A DNA stretch of 64,000 bases from Desulfobacteraceae bacterium UBA2156 (lineage in GTDB: Bacteria; Desulfobacterota; Desulfobacteria; Desulfobacterales; UBA2156): the NCBI GenBank assembly GCA_002328165.1, contig DCWS01000032.1:1673-65672 (forward strand). Direction: 5' to 3'. The notes below the pieces were generated by a model. That model was not told the DNA's origin. It saw only the letters and a list, made by a program, of their open reading frames with translations, and made no database searches. The position numbers and the translations under genes were made by a program. The number at the start of each line of letters is the position of its first letter. The first letter of the stretch is position 1. Positions 49,620 to 60,079 of this stretch are shown here, piece after piece.

Positions 49620-50756
49620 TCAAACAGCGCCCGAAATTTTTAACGCTTTAAGCTCCCCGGCATCAAATCCCCAATCTGCGAGGGCCGACTCGGTGTGCTC
49701 CCCGGGATTTGGAGGCGCCCATTTTATTTCGGGTTGCGTTCGGGAAAAGCGGGGTGTGGGTGCAGGCTGCATGACCTCCTCAACCGTGACAAATGAGTTT
49801 CGCGCAATATTATGAGGATGGTTTACGGCCTCTTGAAAAGATAGGACAGGTGCAAAACAGACGTCGGTCCCTTCCATGATTTTGCACCACTCATCCCGGG
49901 TTTTTGATTTAAAGACTTCGGCGATCTTTTCTTTGAGTTCAGGCCACCTTGCTCTATCTCCCTGGTGTTGAAATTTAGGATCATCGATCCCGGTATGTTT
50001 TAACAACAATTTATAAAACTGCGGTTCCAGGGATCCGATGGATACCCATTTCCCATCAGCTGTCTCATAGGTGTCGTAGAAATGGGCACCGCCGTCCAAA
50101 AGGTTTGTCCCATGTTGATCAGACCATTCTCCGGCGGCACTCATGCCGTAAAAAGTTGCCATTAATGCTGAGGCACCATCGATCATTGCCGCATCCACCA
50201 CCTGTCCCTTGCCGGATTTTCGAACCTCATAAACGGCACACATAATACCAAATGCCAGCAGCATGCCCCCACCTCCAAAGTCACCTAGGAGGTTTAGCGG
50301 GAGTACCGGCTTTTCACCGGGCCGTCCGATCGCATGCAGTGTCCCCGCAAGAGCTATATAATTAATATCATGCCCCGCAGCCTGTGAAAGGGGACCCTCC
50401 TGGCCCCAACCGGTCATACGGCCAAACACGAGCCGGGGATTGCGTTTGAAGCAGACCTCGGGGCCTATGCCCAACCGTTCCATTACACCGGGTCTGAAGC
50501 CTTCGATGAGGGCCTCAGATTTTTCAATGAGCCTAAGAACCGCCTTCACACCTGCGGAATTTTTAAGATCGAGCGAAATTGATCGGCGATTTCGATACAA
50601 AACATCATATTTTGCTTCCAAAAAAGATCGCGGTCGTCCTTTAAAATCGATACGTAAAATATCGGCACCCATATCCGACAACATATAGCCGCAAAACGGC
50701 ACTGCCCCGATTCCGCCGACTTCCAGGATTTTCATACTTTCAAGGGGTCCCATCAA
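49620..50756 (-). CDS. CaiB/BaiF family III CoA-transferase, alpha-methylacyl-CoA racemase-like
   Basis: EGFRPGVMERLG.GP, GRMTGWGQ.GP, GHDINY, GDFGGGG, APTPRFSRT. Confidence 0.92.
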   Translation of the reverse strand: MMGPLESMKILEVGGIGAVPFCGYMLSDMGADILRIDFKGRPRSFLEAKYDVLYRNRRSISLDLKNSAGVKAVLRLIEKSEALIEGFRPGVMERLGIGPEVCFKRNPRLVFGRMTGWGQEGPLSQAAGHDINYIALAGTLHAIGRPGEKPVLPLNLLGDFGGGGMLLAFGIMCAVYEVRKSGKGQVVDAAMIDGASALMATFYGMSAAGEWSDQHGTNLLDGGAHFYDTYETADGKWVSIGSLEPQFYKLLLKHTGIDDPKFQHQGDRARWPELKEKIAEVFKSKTRDEWCKIMEGTDVCFAPVLSFQEAVNHPHNIARNSFVTVEEVMQPAPTPRFSRTQPEIKWAPPNPGEHTESALADWGFDAGELKALKISGAV

Positions 50757-50768
50757 ACCATCCTCCTG

Positions 50769-51926
50769 TTACTTGTCGATTCCGTTTGTTTGTAGAAGGC
50801 CCATCACTTGTTCGCGATGAAATGCCGGATCACCCAGGGCCATCTCATTCCCTTTGGCTCGTTTGAGGTAAAAGTGGACCTCGCTTTCCAACGTGAATCC
50901 CGTGCCGCCCAATACCTGTATGGCGCCTGAAGCATTGTGGGTAAAGGTTTCAGAGCAATAGGATTTGACTGCGGATGCCGCAACAGCCGCTTTCTTTTCG
51001 TCGCCATAATCCTGGGCCCATGCCCCCCAATATAATAGCGAGCGCGCACTTTCCGCTTCCAGGTACATCTGGGCACAACGGTGCTTCACGGCTTGGAAGG
51101 TGCCGATAGGCTGATTGAATTGAATACGGATCTTGGCATAATCCGTCGCAATTTCCATGACCCGCTCTGCACCGCCCACACACTCGGCACTGAGCCCGAT
51201 CTGCGCCCGTTGCAGCACCTGTTTCAAGGTTCCCCATCCCCGGTGGCGTTCGCCCAGAATCGACTCTTTGCCCAAACGCACCCCTTTGAACTCAACCACA
51301 CACAGCTTGCGGGTGCTGTCCATTGTCGGCAGCGGTGAAACAGATACCCCGGGTTCACGCGGGTCTACGAGAAAAAGGGTAATGCCTTTGTTCGGATCGT
51401 TTCCGGACTCGGTTCGTGCCGCACAGACCAGAACATCCGCCACATGGGCATCAGGGACGGAAACCTTCGTACCGGTCAGAACAAAATCATCCCCTTCGGC
51501 CCGGGCCGCCATCTGGATATAATCTGTATCTGCGCCACCATCCGGTTCATTCATCGCCAGGGTTCCCCGCAAATTCCCGTCCGCAATGCCCGGCAAATAC
51601 CTGTCCTTCTGTGCATCACTCCCTGAAGCCACTATGGCTTCTGCAGCCAATAAGATCGTGGAGAAAAACGGCCCAGGAAAGACAGTCCGTCCCATCTCTT
51701 CCAGAACCATGTTCAAATCCATCAGATCCATTCCTATGCCGCCGTAGGATTCCGGAATGCGCATGGCCATCCAATCCATATCTGCCATTTTTTTCCATAT
51801 ATCTTCAGTAAAGCCCCTTTCGTCTTCGCACATCTCTTTCACAAACTCCATGGGACATTCTTTCTTTAAAAATCTGCGGGCCTCTTTAGCGATGTCTCTC
51901 TGTGTTTTGTTTAGACTGATATCCAT
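50769..51926 (-). CDS. Acyl-CoA dehydrogenase-family protein (beta-type partner)
   Basis: YAK.R.QF.QPIG.FQAVKH, IQV.GG.GFT.E. Confidence 0.92.
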   Translation of the reverse strand: MDISLNKTQRDIAKEARRFLKKECPMEFVKEMCEDERGFTEDIWKKMADMDWMAMRIPESYGGIGMDLMDLNMVLEEMGRTVFPGPFFSTILLAAEAIVASGSDAQKDRYLPGIADGNLRGTLAMNEPDGGADTDYIQMAARAEGDDFVLTGTKVSVPDAHVADVLVCAARTESGNDPNKGITLFLVDPREPGVSVSPLPTMDSTRKLCVVEFKGVRLGKESILGERHRGWGTLKQVLQRAQIGLSAECVGGAERVMEIATDYAKIRIQFNQPIGTFQAVKHRCAQMYLEAESARSLLYWGAWAQDYGDEKKAAVAASAVKSYCSETFTHNASGAIQVLGGTGFTLESEVHFYLKRAKGNEMALGDPAFHREQVMGLLQTNGIDK

Positions 51927-51937
51927 CTACCTCTCCT

Positions 51938-53155
51938 TTACTTTATACTCGCACGTGATACATCCTTCGGTAAACCGAGCACTCGTTCGGCAATGATATT
52001 ACGCTGAATTTCAGAGGTACCAGCTTCGATGGTGTTCCCTTTGGATCTTAGAAAATCGAATTGCCAGAATCCATCTTGAATAGACCATGGTGCACCGCCC
52101 ATAATCTGGCTGAAGATGCCCTGGACCCCGAGGGCTGCTTCGGTCAGTCTCTGATTGGGTTCACTCCACAAAAGTTTTCCGACCGAACCCTCAGGTCCCG
52201 GCACCCCCCCTTTGAGCTGTCGGCTGAAGCTTCTCAATCCGTGATATTTCAACACCTGTACTTCAATGTAAGCTCCGGCAATCTGCTGTCTGAAAATCGG
52301 ATCTTCAAGGGCCGGCCGGCCGGAGCGTTTAACCAGTTGAGCCATTGCTATCATTTTTTCAATTTTTTTCTCGTAGGCCGCTCCCATCACCACGTCCCCT
52401 AAAACCCGTTCAAACATCAAAGTGGTGACGGCGATCTGCCACCCCTGACCTTCCGCTCCCAGCAGCATATCGACCGGGACCTTAACATTGTCAAAAAAGA
52501 CCTCATTAAAATCGGCTTCCCCGGTAATTTGTGTCATCGGCCGAACATCGATCCCCGGCAGTGACATGTCCACCAATAGATAGCTCAAGCCCTTGTGTTT
52601 GCTGGAACCGGTATCTGTGCGAACAAGGAGAAGACAATAGTCGGACACATGGGCGAAGCTCGTCCAAACTTTCTGTCCGTTCACGATATAATGATCGTTT
52701 TTGCGAACTGCCAGCGTAGAGGTGTTGGCCACATCCGACCCGGCATCGGGTTCGCTGAAACCCTGGCTCCAGAGTTGGGTGCCATCGTGAATTTTGGTGA
52801 GAAACATCTTTTTCTGGGCTTCAGTGCCACAGGTGTAAATGACCGGAACCGCCATGCCGTGGGTGATGACACCGGGCCAGCGGAGTTCGAAGCAGGTGGC
52901 GGCCAGGGTCTGCAGGACAATGGCCTCCTCAACGATGGTTTTACCCTGCCCGCCGTATTCTTTAGGATAATGCATCCCGGCATATGCCCCATCACTGAGC
53001 CGTTTCTGGAAGTCTATGTAAGCGCGTTTTAAATCTTCTTCGGTTTCATAGCTACGACGGCGCGATGGATCGAAATCATCCGGTATATTTTTTTCCAACC
53101 ATGCGACAAACCCTTTTCGAAAGTCCTCCTGTTCAGATGTCAAACGAAAATCCAT
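51938..53155 (-). CDS. Acyl-CoA dehydrogenase-family protein (alpha-type)
   Basis: WSQGFSEPDAGSD, NGQKVWTS, FNEVFFD.V, TIEAGTSEIQRNIIAERVLGLPK. Confidence 0.92.
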   Translation of the reverse strand: MDFRLTSEQEDFRKGFVAWLEKNIPDDFDPSRRRSYETEEDLKRAYIDFQKRLSDGAYAGMHYPKEYGGQGKTIVEEAIVLQTLAATCFELRWPGVITHGMAVPVIYTCGTEAQKKMFLTKIHDGTQLWSQGFSEPDAGSDVANTSTLAVRKNDHYIVNGQKVWTSFAHVSDYCLLLVRTDTGSSKHKGLSYLLVDMSLPGIDVRPMTQITGEADFNEVFFDNVKVPVDMLLGAEGQGWQIAVTTLMFERVLGDVVMGAAYEKKIEKMIAMAQLVKRSGRPALEDPIFRQQIAGAYIEVQVLKYHGLRSFSRQLKGGVPGPEGSVGKLLWSEPNQRLTEAALGVQGIFSQIMGGAPWSIQDGFWQFDFLRSKGNTIEAGTSEIQRNIIAERVLGLPKDVSRASIK

Positions 53156-53414
53156 TTTTTACCTCTCCTCTTTTTTGATTGCTTTTCTTTCCAGCCCGAC
53201 CCCGGTTGCCGGTCTGTTTCAAAACAAACAATTATCCAACGCCAAATATTGCATTTCCTGCCAAACTTTTTAAGCTAATTTTTTAAAAACCAGCTATAAA
53301 AAGTTTAAATATGCCTTTAATAGGGTATATAGAAGTTATTCAAAGCTTCAATATATTGTGTTTTCATTTTGACCAAACAGCATATGTTGTGTATTTAATA
53401 GAAATAATGCTAAT

Positions 53415-54791
53415 TTATAAATTCCCTGGCAGGTATCTACCCCGACCCGGATCAACCTTCAATTCACCTTTTTTCATTAAAATTTTACCCCGCTGCATCA
53501 CAAGGGCGGGCGCTCCCAAACATTTTCTGCCTTCATACATGCTGTAATCTACCTTGAGATGGAGATTTTTCGCCCTAATGGTGTGAGGAGCCGTGGGATC
53601 AAAAATCACTATGTCTGCGTCCGCTCCCTTCTGTATAACCCCTTTTTGGGGATAGAGGCCGAAAATTCGAGCGGGGTTCTCACAAAACAATTCTACCAAA
53701 CGGGGAAGCGTGATCCTTCCTTTGTTGATCCCTTCATCGTAAGTTATCGTAAACATCTCTTCCTGACCCGGAATTCCTGAAGGGGCTTTGAAAACCTGCT
53801 CCATCAAAGGCTCCTTTGCTTTAATCAGGTGTCCGGCCGTATCGGAACCAATCACATCAATGAGCCCATCGGATACCGCCTGCCACATCTCCTCCACATC
53901 TCGCTTCATCCTCAACGGCGGTCCAACTTTTGCTAGGGAGCCTCTCTTTTTCATCTCCTCGTCGGTGAGTGTCAGATAATGTGTGCAGGTCTCGGTATAA
54001 AGAGTTGGCGCACCCCATTTTTTGAAGAGCCTTACGACCTCAAGCGATTCATAAGCACTGAGGTGGACAAGATACATCGGGCACTCGATCACCTGGGCCA
54101 GGCTGAGAATACGAAAAACAGCGTCGGCTTCTGCGATATTGGGTTGAGAAGGTGCGTAAAATTCAGGTCCATGGTTACCCTGGGCAATAAATCTATCCTG
54201 TAGATAATCCACAACTGTTCCGTTTTCCGCATGCACTGCATAGAGTGCCCCGTTTTTGGCGATGAGCTCCATAAGTTTCATGTGTTCGTCGTCTTCCAGC
54301 TTCATTCCACGCTTTGAAAATGCCATAAAACCCTTAAATGAAATCGCGCCACGTTCAACAATTTTCGGTAGTACCGTATCGATGGTTTCCAGATCATCGT
54401 GACAAAGACTGCAGTGTATTCCGAAGTCGACAATCGAATTTTGCTCCCCTTCGGCTATGAAATCGTTAAGAGCATCGAACAGATCGCCAGTTTTGCCCCA
54501 TGCTTTGATTGCACCGATAAACGGGATAAGCGTGGTGATTCCCCCATGGACGGCTGCCTGGGAAAGCGTGTCGATTCTATCAGCATAAACCGGATGCATG
54601 TGTGCATCGATGATGCCCGGAAACACAAATTTTCCGGCAGCATCAATGATTTTATCTGCCGACCGCTTGCTTTTTCCAGTTTCGATGCTGTCGACCACGC
54701 CGTTCTTTATGAATATATCACTTTTCCCCAGGCCTTGACTGTTGACCAAAACTCCACCCTTTACAGCGATATCTGCAATATCAGTTGACAT
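53415..54791 (-). CDS. Dihydropyrimidinase/hydantoinase-like cyclic amidohydrolase
   Basis: PGIIDAHMH, SFK, VHAENG, VHLS, ETC.HYL, GSD, NPARIFG, GADADIV. Confidence 0.9.
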   Translation of the reverse strand: MSTDIADIAVKGGVLVNSQGLGKSDIFIKNGVVDSIETGKSKRSADKIIDAAGKFVFPGIIDAHMHPVYADRIDTLSQAAVHGGITTLIPFIGAIKAWGKTGDLFDALNDFIAEGEQNSIVDFGIHCSLCHDDLETIDTVLPKIVERGAISFKGFMAFSKRGMKLEDDEHMKLMELIAKNGALYAVHAENGTVVDYLQDRFIAQGNHGPEFYAPSQPNIAEADAVFRILSLAQVIECPMYLVHLSAYESLEVVRLFKKWGAPTLYTETCTHYLTLTDEEMKKRGSLAKVGPPLRMKRDVEEMWQAVSDGLIDVIGSDTAGHLIKAKEPLMEQVFKAPSGIPGQEEMFTITYDEGINKGRITLPRLVELFCENPARIFGLYPQKGVIQKGADADIVIFDPTAPHTIRAKNLHLKVDYSMYEGRKCLGAPALVMQRGKILMKKGELKVDPGRGRYLPGNL

Positions 54792-55018
54792 ATTGATTCT
54801 CCTTTCAAAAACAGATTCTTGGCCTCCGGTTTGGCTAGTATCATCTGTCTAAACGACTCAAAATGGGGCATATAGAGATCAATATGATCTTTTTAGGAAT
54901 TTATTAAAGTTATTTGATCATATTTGGTCTCAGTCAACCAGAGTTCCCAGGGAGTCTTTGACCAGACAAGTTGAACTCGATGAATACTATCAAAACGGAA
55001 ATGCGCGATAATGGAGCG

Positions 55019-55038
55019 GGGTACAAATAGGGTACAAA
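55019..55038 (+). repeat. Direct repeat GGGTACAAA x2 near the tRNA-Pro 3' end (att-arm-like)
   Basis: Copies at 55019-27 and 55030-38, about 65 nt from the tRNA CCA end. Confidence 0.5.
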
Positions 55039-55101
55039 AAGTCGAAAAAAAAAGAGCAGATTTATGCTTCTTTTTAACTTACTCTTTTCATCGGTAAAAT
55101 T

Positions 55102-55178
<77 letters not shown>

Positions 55179-55286
55179 ACATCGATTTTTTAACACTTAG
55201 ATCTTGTCATGTCAAGTCGCTACGTGATATCAAAAATGACTTATCGGTCAAAAAGTATTTTGTTTTGGTGTCTGATTATCTTTACG

Positions 55287-56204
55287 ATGCACAAAAAGAA
55301 AAAAGCAAAAATACCCGATCGACTCTACCCTGGAGACACGGTCGGGGTTATAGCACCCGCCGGTCCTTTTAACCGTGAGAGGTTCAAAAAGGGAATCAAA
55401 GCGTTGGAATCGATGGGATTCGCCGTGTTTGTTCCAAAAGGGGTGTTTAAAAGGGATGGTTATCACGCCGGGTCAGGTGGACATCGGGCAAAAATGGTGA
55501 ATGATCTTTTTGTCAACCCCACAATTAAGGCGATTGTTTGCGCCAGGGGAGGGTTCGGTGCGATGAAGATACTTTCCATGTTGGACTATGCCGTGATTCA
55601 GCAGCATCCAAAGGCTTTTGTTGGTTTTAGCGATATATCCGCACTTTTGTCCACGCTGTATACTCTGACCGGTCTGGTTACTTTTCATGGGCCGATGGTA
55701 ACCACACTTAGCGATTCAACACAAAAGACAAAAAAAGCAATGATATCGGCTCTTTCATCAGAGAAACCGCTTGAAATTGCATCCGAGAAAGGGGTCACCA
55801 TCAGGTCGGGTTGTTCCTCCGGCCCGGTTTCTGGCGGAAACTTGACCACCCTGTGTCATCTGGTGGGAACCCCCTTTGAGCCTGATTACACGGGTCATAT
55901 TTTGTTTCTCGAAGACCAAGGCGAGGCTGTTTATAGAATTGATCGGATGTTGACGCAGATGCGACTTGCCGGATGTTTTGATGGACTGGGCGGTCTGCTG
56001 CTCGGTTCTTTTGACAATTGTGGTAAGGATGATGAAATTTTTAGGGTTGTGGAATCTGTATTTCAAGGGGAAGATATTCCGATGCTCGCCGGGTTTGAAA
56101 TTGGTCATGGCAAAGATAACATGACTGTTCCGATCGGCATCGATGCCACCCTTAATACTGACAGAAAAATGCTTTTGTATCATGGTTGCGCCACCCAAGG
56201 GTAG
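55287..56204 (+). CDS. LD-carboxypeptidase (peptidase S66)
   Basis: IAPAG, ARGGFG, GFSDISAL, FHGPM, GGNL, FLED.GE..YRIDRML, GH. Confidence 0.92.
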   Translation: MHKKKKAKIPDRLYPGDTVGVIAPAGPFNRERFKKGIKALESMGFAVFVPKGVFKRDGYHAGSGGHRAKMVNDLFVNPTIKAIVCARGGFGAMKILSMLDYAVIQQHPKAFVGFSDISALLSTLYTLTGLVTFHGPMVTTLSDSTQKTKKAMISALSSEKPLEIASEKGVTIRSGCSSGPVSGGNLTTLCHLVGTPFEPDYTGHILFLEDQGEAVYRIDRMLTQMRLAGCFDGLGGLLLGSFDNCGKDDEIFRVVESVFQGEDIPMLAGFEIGHGKDNMTVPIGIDATLNTDRKMLLYHGCATQG

Positions 56205-56229
56205 TCGTCATGGCTGAAACCTTTTTTAA

Positions 56230-57348
56230 ATGAAATCTGTTGACACACTCATGAGGGAAGCCCTTTTGCGTCATGTATTTCCAGGGGGTGTCCTTCTCAT
56301 TGCCAAAGAAGGCCTAATCCAATTTTTTAAAGCCTACGGATATGCCAACCTCTTCTCAAAAGAGAAAATGACCATAGAAACTGTATTTGATCTGGCATCC
56401 CTTACAAAACCACTTGCGACAACCCTTGCGATCATCAAGCTGATTCAAAAATCGATGATCAGCCTTGAACTGAAATTGGGTTCTGTATTGCCACGGTTTG
56501 CAAAGACCAAAAAAGGACAAATAACCATACGCCATCTGCTATACCATCATTCGGGGCTTCCCGCCTATCGACCATTTTACCTTCAGCTCAGGAAGATTCC
56601 TTTAAAGATGAGAAAAGACGCATTGATGGATCTTTTTTTGAAAGAACCGATGGTATATCCGACAGGGAAAAACGTATTATACAGTGATCTTGGATTTATA
56701 GCACTTGGGTGGGTGGTCGAAGATATCATAAAACAGCGGCTCGATCATTTTGCAACCAAAGAGATTTATCGGTTTCTGGGCATTGGACCGGATGATAAAA
56801 ATGGACTGTTCTTTGTGGATCTGCAGGAAAAGCCCTCCAAAAAAAGATTTGCGGCCACTGAATTCTGTCAGTGGCGCAATTTTCTTTTAAACGGAGTCGT
56901 ACATGATGAGAACGCGTATGTGTTGGGAGGCATTGCGGGGCATGCCGGTCTTTTCGGAACCGCCGGCGGGGTGAATATTCTGTTGTCAGAACTGCTGTCA
57001 GCATTTAATGGGTGTCCATCAATGCCGATGTTTGAAAAGGATCGGATTCATCAGTTTTTTCAAATCGACAAAAATTCAGACAGAGCACTCGGGTTTGATA
57101 CGCCATCGGTATCAGGGGCGAGTTGCGGAAATTATTTTTCAAAGAGGAGCGTGGGACACCTGGGGTTCACCGGGACATCGTTTTGGATCGATCTTGATCG
57201 TTCCATCATCGTTATATTTCTGACAAACCGTATCCATCCTTTGCGGGAAAATATTAAGATAAAGAGTTTCAGACCTCGATTGCATGATGCGATCATAAAA
57301 GAATTAAATCGAAACGCCGAACCCCGTACCACTGCCGATTTATCGTGA
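56230..57348 (+). CDS. Serine hydrolase, beta-lactamase family
   Basis: FDLASLTK (SxxK), YSD.GF, VHDENA, GHAGLF, GHLGFTGTS. Confidence 0.92.
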   Translation: MKSVDTLMREALLRHVFPGGVLLIAKEGLIQFFKAYGYANLFSKEKMTIETVFDLASLTKPLATTLAIIKLIQKSMISLELKLGSVLPRFAKTKKGQITIRHLLYHHSGLPAYRPFYLQLRKIPLKMRKDALMDLFLKEPMVYPTGKNVLYSDLGFIALGWVVEDIIKQRLDHFATKEIYRFLGIGPDDKNGLFFVDLQEKPSKKRFAATEFCQWRNFLLNGVVHDENAYVLGGIAGHAGLFGTAGGVNILLSELLSAFNGCPSMPMFEKDRIHQFFQIDKNSDRALGFDTPSVSGASCGNYFSKRSVGHLGFTGTSFWIDLDRSIIVIFLTNRIHPLRENIKIKSFRPRLHDAIIKELNRNAEPRTTADLS

Positions 57349-57540
57349 TTTCTGACCCCCAGTCCATCGGAGAGTTGCCCTCCCGCCATGTGGAAGCCGA
57401 GTTTTGGTAAAATATAGGGCGCGAAATTTAAGTGGTAATTTACTCTTGTATTAAAAATATAATTTTGATAGTCTTCATAGTTCTATTATATATCGGTATT
57501 TTCGAAAACAAAAAAAGACATACTTTTGCGTATATAATAA

Positions 57541-58593
<1,053 letters not shown>

Positions 58594-58597
58594 TTTC

Positions 58598-59434
58598 ATG
58601 TTTTCGAGAAGGATGGTGATAATTGTTGGTGTGATCGTTCTGATCGGTGTCAACATTATAGCCCTTTTTATTACCAGCAGGCACCGTTCTTCTTTTTATG
58701 GGTTAAATCAATTTGCCGTTCCTTTCGTCGCCCCTTTCCAAAAAGTGGTTACCCGTACAATTCATTTTGCAAAGGATGTTTGGACCCACTATTTTTTCCT
58801 CGTTTCAGTGGCAAAGGAGAATGATCATCTCAAAAAGAAGCTGCAAAAAGCCATTGGAAGAAATCAAGAGTTAGATGAAATAGCACTTTCCAATTCCCGC
58901 CTCCGTAACTTGCTCGAATTCAAACAAACAGCTACCAGTAAAATCCTTGTGGCTGAAGTTGTCGGCAAAGACCCCTCTCCCTGGTATCAAACGATTATCA
59001 TCGATAAAGGAAACGCAGAGGGTGTTAAAAAATGGCAACCGGTAGTCATTCCAGAGAGCATTGTCGGATATGTAATGGATGTTTCAACCCATTACGCCAA
59101 GGTTTTGCTGATTGTTGATCGGAACAGCGCTGTGGACGCGACGGTTCAGAGAACGAGGACCCGGGGAATCATCAAAGGAGAGGCAAAAGGCCGGTTTTTT
59201 TTCAACTATGTGCTGCGCAAAGATGATGTAAGAGTTGGAGACAAAGTTGTTTCATCCGGCTTTGACGGCGTTTTTCCTAAGGGCTTACCGATTGGGTCTG
59301 TTTCAGGTGTCATCCGACGGAACTCGGGGATCTTCCAGAAAGTTTACGTATCGCCCCATGTTGATTTTGAAAAACTGGAAGAAGTTACGGTGCTATTAAA
59401 CCTTCAGAGACATGATTTTGTGAATAAAGAATGA
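58598..59434 (+). CDS. mreC: Rod shape-determining protein MreC
   Basis: TM helix, coiled coil, IIIDKG, SSG.DG.FPKG.PIG; synteny. Confidence 0.95.
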   Translation: MFSRRMVIIVGVIVLIGVNIIALFITSRHRSSFYGLNQFAVPFVAPFQKVVTRTIHFAKDVWTHYFFLVSVAKENDHLKKKLQKAIGRNQELDEIALSNSRLRNLLEFKQTATSKILVAEVVGKDPSPWYQTIIIDKGNAEGVKKWQPVVIPESIVGYVMDVSTHYAKVLLIVDRNSAVDATVQRTRTRGIIKGEAKGRFFFNYVLRKDDVRVGDKVVSSGFDGVFPKGLPIGSVSGVIRRNSGIFQKVYVSPHVDFEKLEEVTVLLNLQRHDFVNKE

Positions 59435-59949
59435 TCTATTGTTTATATATCGCCGTATCCCTGTGTTTGATAATTCTTCAAGTGACACTGATTCCGCTTC
59501 TCCCATTTTCAGATAAGATTTACGATTTGCCGGTCCCATACGTTCTCTACCTCGGTTTATTCCGGCCGGCCTGGAAAACGCTGCCGATTGTTATTTTACT
59601 CGGACTGGTCATGGATAATCTGTCCGGCGGTCCTTTTGGATTGTTCACATCGATTTATGTCTGGTTATTTCTGGGCGCGATATGGTTGCGAACATTTATG
59701 CATGCGAGTAATATGTTCCTTTTGCCTTTTGTTGTTGCCTGTGGCGTGCTGCTGGAAAATTTGGTGTTCATCGGTATGGTAACAATATTTGAACTGAATT
59801 TTCGATTTCCTGAAGATGCCCTTCGCATAGCGACCATTCAGGTTTTATCGGCCCTGGGCACGAGTCCAATTTTTCTTATCTTTTACAATTATACCCACAA
59901 CCGTTGTGATAGCTGGATGTTCAAGCGGTCCAGAGAAGCAGACAGATAA
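59431..59949 (+). CDS. mreD: Rod shape-determining protein MreD
   Basis: Hydrophobic, GL.MD.LSG.PFG; between mreC and mrdA. Confidence 0.85.
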   Translation: MIYCLYIAVSLCLIILQVTLIPLLPFSDKIYDLPVPYVLYLGLFRPAWKTLPIVILLGLVMDNLSGGPFGLFTSIYVWLFLGAIWLRTFMHASNMFLLPFVVACGVLLENLVFIGMVTIFELNFRFPEDALRIATIQVLSALGTSPIFLIFYNYTHNRCDSWMFKRSREADR

Positions 59950-60079
59950 GAAGAACAAGGGCTTGAAATTTTTTACCCGACATAAATACTCATTTTTTCT
60001 TGAGGTACAATGACGGAAACTGTATTATAGTTGATGATTTTTCTTGGCTTTGGTATGGGATCTGTTAAAGGGAAACGTC

